Part shown: in pieces, positions 51,201-64,000 of the stretch
Position numbering within the stretch: position 1 is the first letter of the stretch
Layout: each line of letters begins with the position of its first letter
Assembly: GCF_964204865.1 (NCBI RefSeq)
Contig: NC_135257.1
Coordinates: 21,948,001 to 22,012,000 of the forward strand
DNA: 64,000 nt
Direction of reading: 5' to 3'
Source of the DNA: Styela clava
Lineage: Eukaryota
Program-made: the position numbers and the translations under genes
The notes under the pieces: model-generated
Told to the model about the DNA's origin: nothing
The model's database searches: none
Seen by the model: only the letters and a program-made list of their open reading frames with translations

Positions 51201-53152
51201 TTTACATTTCAGAGAACTGCAAATTAAAGATTGAAAATATGTGTTATTTTGCTGTGATTCACGATCCATGGGATGTCGACTACGACACAGCAATTGATAT
51301 TTGTAAGAAACGTAACGCAGATGTTGGTTTGATTCGAGATGAAGAATCTTTCAATGCGATTATGGATTACTTGGTCAAGAATACTCCCATGGGATTTCGG
51401 GGGATCATTATATGGACAAGAATCCGCTTTGATCCAATGGTTAGTGCCATACGTATGTTCTATGTATAATCGAGCAATTTTTAAATGCAACGATGACATT
51501 GTTACCCATCCGGGACTTTTTACACATCAATATAGTTTGACTTGCTGATGATTGTGATGGAATTAGGTGAGTTAAGTGAATTAGGAATCTGTTAAATATC
51601 TGGTTTCTTTTTGTTAATTACTGTAGATTGCGCTATTTAGCACATCAGATTCTTTGAGTAGAGTGGGCACTGTAGTTCCAGGCCTTTTAAATGACATACG
51701 CCTGTCCGAGTTATAACGAACATCCTAATCAGCGTTTAATTTTATCAATCCCATGCAGCATGTGAGATAGTAGTGATAGTTACAGTGGATCAAGCATAAT
51801 TCAATGATAATTTTCATTCAAACATTTTCATTGTTTGTTCTCAGACCCGTGACGTTACTCCTGCAGATTCATTCATTAAATGGTCAAGTCCATTTGACTC
51901 TTTTCCACGGATTGGAATTAAAAATAAAGATCGCACAAATGTTTATCTCCATGTTGATTCGAAACTGATATGGCACTCAATGGGTAATGCTTCTCCTACC
52001 TTGAAGCTAAACGGAGTTATTTGTGAGATTCAGATCTAATGAAACGTCTGCCTGGTTGTATTTTGTTCCGCTTGATCATATATTTTAAACCATTAATTCC
52101 TAATTTGAAATTGATGTCGAAAATTTATTGAGAGTTTGATTATCAGGATTTTTTGTTTTGCAGATCTAACTACTTTGCATTCTAATGGTATAGATGTGAA
52201 ATTTAGAGATTCAATGTTTAATTCGGGTAATTTTAGAAATTCTGAAACAAAAATATTATGTACTTGACTCATTGATTCAAAATAAATCCGACTTCCATAA
52301 CAGGTCTCTTGCATCCTAGCCATCTAGACAGGGGTACTAGGTTTTCGAACGACGGGCCAAACATTTCGTCCACCTAGACTGGCTGACTGACATGTAAATG
52401 TGACATGAAAGTGAACATTTTATGAACAATATAGTGGAGAGCAATAAGCCTCGTGCCAAAACTAAATTTTATTGCAATCTCAATCCCTTGAGCTATTTTT
52501 TAGCTGGTTGTGGAATCATCAGACAGGTCAGATTGAATTACCCAAAGGATCATATTTGGGCCGCGGGCCGCAGTTTGCCCATGTTAGGTCTTGATGCATT
52601 CTGATATGAATATGTAGGTAAGGTAAGTTGTCCTCCAGCCCTCACAACGTTTCTACATGAAAATCGGTTGAAACGACGAATATATTCAGATATTAGTCAA
52701 ATCCTTAAACCTTTGGTTTCTACGATCACGTGCGTGGTATGGAAGCATTGTTTATATCTAAAGAGGAAAAAAGATACGACGGCTCTTATGGCGAACCAAG
52801 GCCTTCCTTCAGTTACCACTCCATATCGGGAAGGGAAATTGTTAATCGATTAGTTGTTGCTGATGAATGAACTTCATTAAGGATTATTCGCTATTTGATT
52901 AAGGCGACCCCAGAGCAGAGCCAGGGTTAGGCTCTCGATAGTGAAAAAGACTTGTTGGATACACCGCCGCTGTGTCGTTGATTCCTGCTACCTCGTCGTG
53001 TACCATAATTTTTTTCCTATTTTCCTTATTTTAATTCTTCTACGATTTCCCACACAATCTGTGTTAGCAAAGTCAATATAACCCTGCCTATCGTAATCTT
53101 TCCTTCACACAACTTGATGTAAAGTAGACGCACAAAATTAGTTACCTGCATA
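48218..53152 (+). repeat. ~5-kb tandem segmental duplicate of 34943-47944 (minus the LTR element)
   Basis: Collinear high identity across introns, MITEs and 3' flank; last CTLD exon identical by eye. Confidence 0.92.
49000..52039 (+). CDS. Secreted coiled-coil + Pro/Thr stalk + CTLD protein, copy 5 (~303 aa)
   Basis: Exons 49000-49117, 49676-49822, 50014-50118, 50568-50687, 51213-51439, 51845-52039; GT-AG, in frame (912 nt). Confidence 0.85.
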
Positions 53153-54306
53153 TTGGTACACACACTTTTGGAGCGTCAAAATTCCTATATATATATATAC
53201 GTTTATGTATATAGCCATTAACAATTACTTAATCATCGAGGCTATGCGAAAAGGAGACTGCTTAGGCTTGAGAAATGAATAAAACGTCAAATTTAAGAAA
53301 TCGCAACATGAAGCATATCCACGGAAGTTCGGCCCACTGCGGCCGCTTAACTTGCAAGGGACGCCTATACTTCGAGCAAGTTTGATATCCCTATAGTCCT
53401 GGACACGTAGTGGACCTATGGATCGTTTTTGGACACGAAGTGGACATAACGATCGTTTCAAAATTTTGTTGTTATTATTATTGTTATTTGTCTCCGTCTC
53501 CATTTTAAAAAAATCGCTTTTCTCTTCGAATACTGGACCAATTGCTTTGAAATTTTCAGTGGTTAAAGATAAAATTTTTCTCCAGAAGGCTATTACTTTT
53601 TTTTTCGCTATGACGTCATCAAAATTATTGCCATTGGGTGGCGCTACGTGTCCATATATTTGAGCATAGCTCTCTTGTGTTATCATGCTGTTGTATTTGT
53701 TGTTCTTTGGCACATATTTAAAAAACCGATTTTCTCGTCGATTACTGCACCAATTACTTACACTGAAATTTTCAGTGGATGAAGATGGAATTTTTCTCTA
53801 GAAGGCTGTTGTATTTATTATTTATTTCTAAATTTCGTATGAATTCTATTCTATTTGATATTTTGTCCTAAATTTCGCTGTATTATTTTTATCCATGGGA
53901 ACACGGATTTTAGTCCGCGCGTTGACTGGCTGTACGTTTTGTTCAGCAAATTCTTGAAATTCGAAATTTTTTTTAAGGTACCGTTAAGGTGAGCTAGGCT
54001 AGACTACTGCTTCGCTTTGCTTTGCGTATCCATATATTTTAGCATTACTCTCTTGGTATTTCAATAGACAGTAATACTTTTTGACAGCATGGGATTTCTT
54101 CGTTCGATTAATGTTTCTCCGTTTATGATATTGTGAACGTTTCTCGGTTTTTCGATCTTCAGTTTTATCGGCAAAGGTTTCCGGGTGAAAGTTGATCTGG
54201 TTGTTGTTGTCATTGGTTCAGATCCTGATAAATAAAGTATTGATTACCAACAAACCCCGATCCCGACCCGTCATCCAAGTCCCAAGTCGCATCGCAAGTC
54301 GCCCAT

Positions 54307-54645
54307 GGCGCGGCGGTGTGGCTCAACGGGCTAAGCGTTAGGAATACGCTCGCCACCGCACCTCTAATCACTCTGCGTGGGTTCGCAGGTTCGAATCCCA
54401 TGCAGGGATGGTTATGTGCGAGAGGATTGCTGGACTCCTCGCCGTCGTTGGGTGGTTCACGTAACCGCTGGTCGGTTACGGCTTCCTCCACCACCAAGTC
54501 CATGGTTCCGAAAACAAACAATACAGTAAAACTAATCCCATACCCGACTTGGAATGGTAACCGGACGAGGGGCCGTGGTTCGCCATATGGATAAGCCGTC
54601 TTATCGGCTTTCCTCTCCCCCGGGATAAATATGTAAATCCTATCC
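54307..54645 (+). mobile_element. tRNA-derived SINE
   Basis: A box TGGCTCAACGG, B box GGTTCGAATCC, ATCCTATCC tail. Confidence 0.88.
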
Positions 54646-54687
54646 AATCAAACATTACATTTCACTGGCGCTTAGTTGATGACGATT

Positions 54688-55010
54688 GGATAGGATAGGA
54701 TTTACATATTTATCCCGGGGATAAGGAAAGCCGATAAGAAGGCTTAACCATATGGCGAACATGGCTCTTCGTCCGGTTACCATTCTATGTCGGGTATGGC
54801 ATTAGTTAGTTATTTGTTTTCGGAAGCATGGCCTTGATGGTAGAGGAAGCCATACCCGACCAGTGGTTACGTGAACCACCCTACAATGGTGAGGAGTCCA
54901 GGAATCCCCTCGCACACCTCTATCGGATTGAAACCTGCGAACCCACGCAGAGTAATCAGAGTCGGGATGGTCTGCGTATTTCTTACGTTTAGCACAATGA
55001 CCGCCGCGCC
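54688..55010 (-). mobile_element. tRNA-derived SINE, inverted copy (partials also ~55545-55650 and ~58935-59040)
   Basis: Reverse-complement homology to the 54307 copy with a GGATAGGATAGGAT tail. Confidence 0.85.
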
Positions 55011-58000
55011 AATGCTTTTGAATTTATCATCGATTATTTCCAAATATCAATTTCCTTGTATTTTTCTCACCAAAAGGGCAACATTGACGTAACAATTTAA
55101 ATAAGTGAAGCAGAGGGATTTTGAGGCGTGGAAGTTAAGACAAACATCCATTGAGTTAGAGAAGTGATAAATCAGCTTCAAATGCATGTAAGCCGTATTT
55201 TCATTTCCCCGAAATCAAAAGTCAAAACGTTTACCAGAAACTTAAATTTCTCGGAAAATATAACTTTTAGTGTTTCCTATTAAACTTGGTTTTCCCAGAT
55301 TCTGAGCGGATTTCGAATAATTCGGAGAAGGTTGAAACCTACGACCGCAAATGAACATATCTATTGAGGAGTTGAATTTTGAATTCCGAGTCTATTTTTT
55401 GATTGGCTAAAGCAGGATAAAAATTTGACACCGCCGTTTCACTAATATAAATACAGTCGGAGTTCAATTCCTTTTCATATCGGAGTTTGTTTTATTGCAT
55501 AATTAGAATCCGGAAAAAATTCGGCCTTCGCAGTTTAAGCGATAGTAGTCATTGTGCTAAACTGTGGGTCATTGTGCTAAACGTAAGGAATACGCTCACC
55601 ATCCCGACTCTGATTACTCTGCATGGGTTCGCAGGTTTCAATCCGATCAAAAATCCGGTTTGAACTCACAAGGCTTCGATAAATCAACACTACATACCTA
55701 TGTTGTAACCCCAGTTGTGAGTTGTTATCACTGGGAATCTTCGTCGTCTTGGATTCATTTTCCAGGCTAGTGACGTCATAAAGTTAACATCTTCCTTCTA
55801 TAATGAAGTATTGATATGATATATAATGACGCAACAGGAATGTTTATTACATTATGACGCCACATACCTGGCAAGATGGCAGAATTATCGTTCGCTCAGA
55901 CGGTCCGCCTGAATAAATTAAAGTAGTTTGAATGGTATTCCCGTAGTATGGAAACCAAGATGGCGGTCACCGCAACAAAGTATGTGTACCAGGTTAGAAT
56001 TAGGCCATAAATTTAGGTACAAATATTACGGGAGTCACTTAACTAGTCCCCGAACTCTTAAAAGGACTAAAATAAGGAAAATTGGAATAAAATTATGGTC
56101 TAACCTTAACCTGGTACACATACTACGTTCCGGTGGCCGCCATCTTGGTTCACATACTACGGGAGCGCCGTTTAAATAGATGACAGGGGCACTTTTAAGT
56201 ACGAAAAGTGTTTAGGAAGAATGAATGAGAAGATTTGGTGCTATACTATAGCGTGAGATCTACCTCCACTAAGTACCATGCGGAGACCTTGAGTACCGTA
56301 CCTCCGTAATACGTGTACCAGGTTAGGGTTGGCCATACTTTTATTTTGATTTTTCTTATTTTATTTCTATTGCGAGTTTGGGAACTGTCTGTGTTAGCCA
56401 AGTGAATATACCGCCTGCACATCATAGGTTTTCGTTATTTTACACAACTTTATGTAACATAGGCGAACAAAATTAGTAACTTCCATATTGGTAGTTTGGT
56501 ACACATACTTATGTAGCGCCAGCCCTTGTTCTACTCACCACATCCTGTTCTTGATGGGATTGGTAAGATTCCTTTCGCAGGTGATCTTTTCGTCCATGGA
56601 TGTTTTACTCCTTGCCGTGACAAATTTGACAAGGTAAAATCTATTTTGTACGCCGATTGACAAGTTGATAGTGGGGTTTTGTCTTCACTCATTTTGCTGT
56701 TTATCACGTTGTTACTTCGGTTTTGTATTTGCCTCGAAGTGACGTCACACACTGGTCGATAACATATCCGTGCCAAGTGAATTGCCTTTTGTAAAATGAA
56801 CAACAGAGCATAACTCAAATCTCGTGCACGGAGTTTGCTGAAGGGATCGCCAGTCAAGCGATATGGAATCCAAAATGTTCTCCTTTGTTTATTTAAGTTA
56901 ATACAGCAAAATTTTTGCTGAAATTTCGTGCCCAATAGAGATTTTAAAATGAAATTAAAAGCTGTTTCCCATTCCTTGCAGAGAGAAGTGATTTTTCCCA
57001 ACAGCAGTGAAAGTAAACCCCAATAAAAACAAGCGAGAATTTAGCAGAATAATACATATGCAAACTTCTTGTTCAACAAGAGAACATTGCTTTACAATGT
57101 CGTCACGAAAGTAGTACCGGCACTATACATACTGAAATTAGGCCCAAATCATATTTATTGTGGACAAGATTAAGGCAAACCTATTATTATTTGGATCTCC
57201 TGAAGTATGCGCCCCAAGATGGCGCACAACCTGCACTCAGATTGTGTACCCGGTTAGGGTTCAGGTTGTGTGCCCATACTTCAGGAGTATGGACACTGTA
57301 ATAGCTTACCTTGTGCGATTGTGGATTATGGCGTCGTGTTGGTGACGTAGGGCGCATCAATGTTTTGCTGACTATTTTATGAATAAACTGATCGTTGTAA
57401 TTTGAGACCGGCGGCTTAAGTTGAAACGTTGCAAGTAAGCTAAAACGGTTATGGTATATTTTAGGAAACAGTTTTTTTTTTCTTTGTATCTCATGTTGTA
57501 TGAAAGTGAAATATCTAGGTAACGTATGGAAATGATAGGCTTCTTCCACAAATACGGTACTACAAATTTTGAATTTTATTGTTCCATTTGTTTAAAAGGA
57601 AAGCAATTTTTCATAACCCCAATAACATTTTAGCAAAACTCTCCATAATTTCTGTCCGATAATTAAATGTTATTGCTATTTTTCATCGATCAAATAAAGA
57701 TGAAAAGCCAGTTTTTTGAAAGACTTGTGAAAAACTTCTAATCGGTGCATTTATCACATTTAAATGGTAAGGCATCCTAGACAGCAAGATTTATAATTAA
57801 ACTGTTTTATTAGCTTTCTTCTTTGCGAAAATATATTTTCCATATAACAAAACAAACACTTTTATTGTGCAAATACATATTTATCAGACATAGCCATCCA
57901 AGGCTAATAAAATCCATATTCGATTTTTAGTTTTCTATGATGCCTATATTGTTAGCATATATTCCCGACCAAAAATATGGAAATCCAGATAATAATTTAG

Positions 58001-59423
58001 ACTGCCAAGAACATCATTTAAGCTTCGCTAGTTGCCTCAGCTAGCTATAACACTAGTCAATTCAGTGACATTAGATGATGTAACAATATGTCAAAAGATT
58101 TTTCTGATTAATTTTATTACGAAACAACACGAAATGCGATTTTTTGATTACTCTCCCAATGTGACGCGGGCCACATATAATGAATCCGCGGGCCACATGT
58201 GGCCCGCTGGGTTTGGACCACCCTTGGCCTAATGTATAGATCAGGTAGTGCTTTGTTACCTCGACTTTAACCAGTAACGGTATTACTTTAAAAACCGTTG
58301 CTTCTCATATCACGATGCGCCTTATGCACGAACAAGAACGCAATCGATGCGCCTTATGGTCGTAAAATACGGTAGTTAACCGGTTCATCGTTTCAGACAT
58401 GTACTGCACATAGCCAAATAGAGTTATTTTAATTAAAAGTGATTCTTTTCAACTTACTTGTTATTTTCTTTTGCAAACGGGTATACAAACGGTCGTTGAG
58501 CAGAAAGATTCCCGTCTTTTCCCGACTGATTAAATTGCACTGAATTTGGAAATTGACGAAAGTCGATCACTGACATTTTGATTAGCTAATATTTCACGAT
58601 CAATATGGAATTAACTTTTATGATTGTCCTATCGATTTATGCATTTTTCTTTTAATTAAAATAATTTTGATTTTGCACGGATTTTTATTGATTTAACATT
58701 GATTATGACGTGATACTAGTGCATATGCTTTATGTGTATTCACGTAAACTAAGCTTTTCCCAGCTTTAGTGACTAAGGAAGCGAATTGTTTTACTTACCT
58801 CAGATGAAGTAGAAGAATTGCAGTGTCTACTTATTATTTATTCATTGTTCACGCAATAACTGTGAATAAAGCGTTGGTTTATATTCGCAAAAGACTATAT
58901 TGGCCGTTTTATTGATGACAAAGCTAGAATTTTCATATTTATCCCGGGAGAGAAAAACAGATAAGACAACTTAATCATTTAGCAAATCACGGCCATTCGC
59001 GCGGTGACCAGTATCTGTCGATTATGTAGGTATGGGAATAGAAACCAGTTTTTTATTTCAGATGAATAAACTAATAAGTCTTTAGTTACGTGTTTAATAT
59101 ACCTAAAATCGTAGGAACATGAACTTAGTCGTCAGAAAGATTATGAATAATAGAAAACTTGTGGTATGGGTTAGCCAGATTTCATGTGAATATGCATCTC
59201 CAAATAAAATTAAAAAAAAAGTCATCATGTTTTCATATTCGGATTGAATGCTTTTGTCTCCGACTACCACGCTTGAAACACGTCACATGTTTAGACATGC
59301 ATGATTGATCTCAAAATCGATTGCGACGAGCTAGGATACATTTTTTAAAGTCTAAATTCTGGTTCTGTTTTATTTTCTTCGCTAACAAGTTAGGTTTTAT
59401 TTATTTTATTAAACACAAGAGGC

Positions 59424-62400
59424 ATGGCAAGCCCTAGAACACGAAGAGTTTTAAAGGAATTGAAGCCAAAGTACGGCAATAAGGTATGTGTTACATTACT
59501 GTAAATACTGTCGGGTTGATGTCTGCATGTAACGTTATGCCTATTTCGGTATTTGCTGTGTTCTGGTACACATGCATTTTAAGACCAATTGAAGTAAATA
59601 GAGAATATCTCATCTTTTTTCATTTAATCTAGAGTCCCCTCGCCGTTATGCGATCATTTTTACCAAAATGCTTCTAATATGCTTTGTAGTCACAGAAAAC
59701 ACTTCATTTTTTCATTAACATACTCTACAAATCCATCTCAATCACTTCCCTCAAAATCATGCCGGTACCGTGACCGGAAAATCGTTTATACCGCCTCTAC
59801 TTTCACCATGTCAGTGGGGCAATTGCGATCAACAACGTATATTTGCGATCACTAAAAATCTCGCCAATCGGAGCGCCGACGTTCCTGTTTTAGACCCTAC
59901 ATAGGTATGGAAAATGTTTGCGAAATCATCTTTTGGGTGTGCTGACGCGAATACTGTCATCCGACAAGCTTATTACAAACGTTTTTTTTTCAACCGAATC
60001 TCACCAACCCGATTACTGTATTTGATTCTACACGGGACAAATAAAATTGAATAGCATAGCGACTCAACCTTGTCCATTCGATAAACCGATAATAATACCC
60101 TTACTTTTTTATTAGTGATTACAATAGGTAGGTACTTAGGACGATGGTTTGTATTCAATCAACATGTGTATACATTTGCAGTATGGCGAACAGATTCCGT
60201 GGGTGACTGGAAAAACAGCCTTGTCTTGTCATATGATTAATTACGCACATCTCTTCACCCCATCACGGCGATGTGTACAAAAATCTTAATCTTTCGGTAG
60301 AAAGCCGGTATGTTTACATTGCAGAGAACAATGTTATCAAATTTATTTTTGCGCTCAAAATTATCGCTTTACAAATGCCAAGAAGTAGTGTTTTCATACA
60401 ATTCAATGTGATCAAAGCCCCAAAGATATACTATTTTTGGCTCCGCCGGAAACGCATTGCTGTTCGATATAATGAGAGGCTAAACCTATATTTTCGATGA
60501 CTCCCAATGTGCTCTGCAAGTAGTCTATGTCAACTCCTAAACTGATGAATTTAAATAATTACAAATGGTGCTCGTAAAATTTTTTTGTTAACAATAATGA
60601 AATTTGACATTGGCGCTGATACATTAGGAATCATGAGGTCGGTCAAAAACATTTAAATCAACAAGAAACATTCAGAGCAGACATGGTTGGTGTAACCTAC
60701 GGCAAATACAGGGCAGGTAAATTTAATTTATTACGTTATTGACCCCTCAGTGATTGTTTATAAATTGATTGTGGGGAAAGATGTGATCTAATTTCGGAAA
60801 TCTACATATCATGCAATATTTTTAAAACGAATAATGTGAAAAATAAGAGCTTTATTGTATTCTGGAGTTTTCTTGATACGTTGTCTACACCATTCGAAGT
60901 AAATGGGCTTTCACTCGGGTCTCGATCTTACATTTTTGCTTGATCGCAAATGTGACCAAAGTGGAAATCGCGAGCGCCCTTTTTCACACGTGGAATTATC
61001 TGCGATGCAATAAAGATAGAGACTCATTACTCCGGCGACGAATAGGAGAGAATATAAGTTGTTCCCACTCCAATTTTCACGGCTCTATCTTTATTTTAAC
61101 CTCCCCATATGCTTCCGTTCTTTCTGAAATAGAAAAAGAGGTTTCGTGCTCTAAAATTGGTCATTTTCGACCACTAGTGGCGTTTTGACCCAGAAAAATC
61201 TCATTTTTGGACGAAATTTGACGAGAAGCGAGCTGTGGGTAGGCGAGTAGGTTTGTATTATGTATACCGAGCGGGAATCTATCACTATTTCTAGTTTGGC
61301 CAAAACAGGACGCTGAAAGGCAGTGATCGTAAATGTGACGTGAACGCTTATCGGGGAGGGGACTCTATATTCAATCTCATAAACTGAGCTTGCCCATTGA
61401 GTTCTTATACAATTTCAGAATTTTATTCCTCATGTTTTGAACCTCATTTAACTCCGTAACTGTTTAAAGTTTTAACAACTTTACTGAGTTTTGGCCAGTG
61501 CATTTGTCTTGTGTATTATTATTTTTCTCTTAACTAACACATCTGCACATAGTAAACTTCTGGGGTCTAGTATAGTTCCAGTCTGGATTTCATGGCCTTT
61601 TTGAACGAGAAATCGGGCGTGCAATCAGAAATTCCCGCGTGCAAATAAGAATTCCTGGCGTGCAATTATAGCTCACGACGTGCAAAACAACTGCACTCGC
61701 GTGCAACTGACTTTGACATCAGATACCTCTCAATACATCCGCGTAAAATTACCGGTATCGGATAAAAAATACGTTGAATCAGAGAAAAAATGGACGTTCG
61801 ACCTTTGACCCCAAACATTATTTCTACAGTTTGTCGCTAATTTTGAGAGTGTTTGTGCGACTTTGGATACCGGTACTGTTCAGTACATCCGCGTAAAATT
61901 ATTGGATAAAAAATACGTTGAACCAGAGCAAAATGGACATACTTTGTCATTAATTTTGGTAGTGTTTTTACGTAGAATTAATGGATAAAAAATACGTCAA
62001 ATTAGAGCAAAATGGACGTTTGACCTTTGACCCCAAACATTATTTTCATACTTTGTCACTAATTTTGGGAGTGTTTGAGCAACTTTAGATACCGGTACTG
62101 TTCAGTACATTCGTGTAAAATTATTGTATGAAAAATACGCTGAATCAGAGCCGTACTTGGCCATTGGTGCGGAGGCGATCTTTTCGTCCATAACTATTCT
62201 CACGGGATTCCTATTTCCTATCATTCAACACGATATGGACCTTTCCCCGAGCATCGACTTCCTTGTTTACTTCGTGACATTGGCCAATCAGCAAGATGCA
62301 AAAAAGGACGTAACAATGAGAGGAATTTTTCGCGGGTCAAAGGTTGGGGAAAGGTCCATGGTCTTTTTGCTTCGCAATATTTCGATCAGACCAAATCTTG

Positions 62401-64000
62401 CAAGCTGGTATTTGTCGACAATTGTGGAGTTATAATATTTTGGCATCTTTATATTACTGGATTATTGATTTTAAAACCATTTAAACCGATTTACATTGGT
62501 GAGCAATTGCAAATTTTCGGCGTGCAAAATTGATTTCGCTCGCGTGCATTTTTGCGGAGCGCTAGCGCCCTCGGGCGTGCACCTGCCATGGAATCCAGTC
62601 TGGGTATAGTTTAGTACCACAGGTACTTCCAGTGGGCGTAGCATGACGAATTTTGCATATGTTATTCCTAACCCCCACCTGACTATGCCATCCAAAAATT
62701 ACGTCACTACGATGTCACCATCACGTCATAGGGATTGCCAAAGTATAATTACGATCGCCCGAAATGACATCTGCGCGGCCAATAACGAACTCGCTAAAGC
62801 CAGCGATCTCTCTCCTATCGTGATCGTTGTGACGAGAAAATGAGAGAGATAGCTTGCTCGATTTCGGGTGCTCGTCTGCGCGTTTTGGACGACCATTCGC
62901 ATACTTTGGTGGGCATTATTACGCCACTGTGTCATCGTAATGTCGTATTTTTTGGGTGACGTAGTCAGGTGAGGGTTAGGATTGACATATGCAAAAATTG
63001 TTGAGCCAGGCCAACTAGAAGTACATGTGATACTAAACTATACCAGACCAAACTTCTGTAATCAATACCTGACTGATCTATTTCTCTGACTTGCTGAAGT
63101 CTGTTCTGTTTGTCTTCATAAGTACTGAACTATAATTTATTTGGATAATGAACATAACAGATAATTGAATAATTATGTAATTGACATAACACATTTCTGA
63201 GTCTGGATAGCAAACAATACCTTTTGTGAGGTTTAAAATTGTTATTTTTGGTACAGTTTGCTGAGGGCGGAAATCAAAATTAATTATTTAATTAAGACAA
63301 ATAAAAATACAACTATTCCTTTTTATTTTAAGATAAGATAAGTTTATTTTGACTTCATAATCAGCATAAAGGCAATAAAACGGTTGATAAAAACAAACAA
63401 ATAAAAACTGATTATGAAATCAGGAGAGTAAACAAAACCTTGAATAAGGTTTAAAACGTACAGAATATGGGATGGCAGGTGTTGCCCAAAAAGTGGGACG
63501 TGTTCACTCGCCCAAAAGTACTGAGATAATTCATACACACTCGCACACACATACACAACCATGGGTCATTAGAAAAAAGAAAGAAGCTTTAGATAAATTA
63601 TATGGTAACAAAAAAATAAATAAATAAACACGTAAAAAAGATATTAGAATAAAAGATAAGAAATGTAATAAAAAATAAGAATTGTTGGCCGCACCATTTT
63701 AATAATTTTATAAAAATTCCCAAACAAGAGTGAACATTACTTGATATAGAGACAAAAAAAAAGATTTCGCCAAGCTGATTATAATTGGAGTCAAATGCCG
63801 AATTGCCCAACCAAAGTTGCCAAAGTTGAGTACATGAAGAGTATATATCTGTTCTTTTCTTTGTATTGTGATCTACATCCTTTTTTTCAGACTTGTTTTG
63901 AATGTGGTGCTCTGAATCCGCAATGGGCATCAGTTACGTACGGAATATGGATTTGTTTAGAATGTTCTGGAAAACATCGCGGGCTCGGAGTTCATTTAAG
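59424..64000 (+). CDS. ARFGAP1: ADP-ribosylation factor GTPase-activating protein 1, first two coding exons (gene continues beyond window)
   Basis: Exon 59424-59483 [20 protein letters not shown]|GTATGT. Exon 63891-64000 after TTTTTTTCAG reads [36 protein letters not shown], the ArfGAP CxxCx16CxxCxxxHR zinc finger with the ArfGAP1-type MASPRTR start. Confidence 0.95.
59632..61365. mobile_element. ~1.7-kb non-autonomous TIR element in the ArfGAP1 intron
   Basis: TA-GAGTCCCCTCGCCGTTATGCG ... CGCTTATCGGGGAGGGGACTC-TA. Confidence 0.65.
61578..62603. mobile_element. TIR element with 8-bp TSD, inserted into the left end of a palindromic MITE (~61565-63048)
   Basis: TIRs CCAGTCTGGATTTCATGG / CCATGGAATCCAGTCTGG, TSD GTATAGTT (61570-61577, 62604-62611), subterminal CGTGCAA repeats and internal tandem sub-repeats. 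Host element is a foldback over 62604-63048. Confidence 0.8.

Noticed and set aside
54307-54400. Functional tRNA gene
   Set aside because: A and B boxes are present but there is no closed cloverleaf, and it is the head of a repeated ~330-bp SINE.

Overview
AT-rich, intron-containing animal genomic DNA, not prokaryotic. An ascidian/tunicate-like invertebrate is my guess from the repeat landscape and is inference only. (1) 1-18 kb is intergenic, packed with nested hAT, Tc1/mariner-type, palindromic and Helentron-like non-autonomous elements, and contains an RPS29 pseudogene. (2) 18-53 kb is a tandem + strand cluster of secreted signal peptide / coiled-coil / Pro-Thr stalk / C-type-lectin-like-domain (CTLD) genes: three complete copies, one leaderless copy, one broken copy and fragments. 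The stalk exons are modular phase-1 cassettes, mostly in heptad-multiple lengths, and the CTLD loops are hypervariable. (3) A full-length, very young BEL/Pao LTR retrotransposon (39133-46849; 607-bp LTRs; 5-bp TSD CCATT) sits in the 3' UTR of one lectin copy. It has no tRNA-type PBS but has an exact 11-nt complement to its own LTR (candidate Tf1-like self-priming), and that LTR 11-mer is followed by an 8-nt-periodic YRTAY array. (4) 53-59 kb holds SINEs and MITEs. (5) The first two coding exons of ArfGAP1 lie at 59424-64000. All exon calls and alignments were made by eye.
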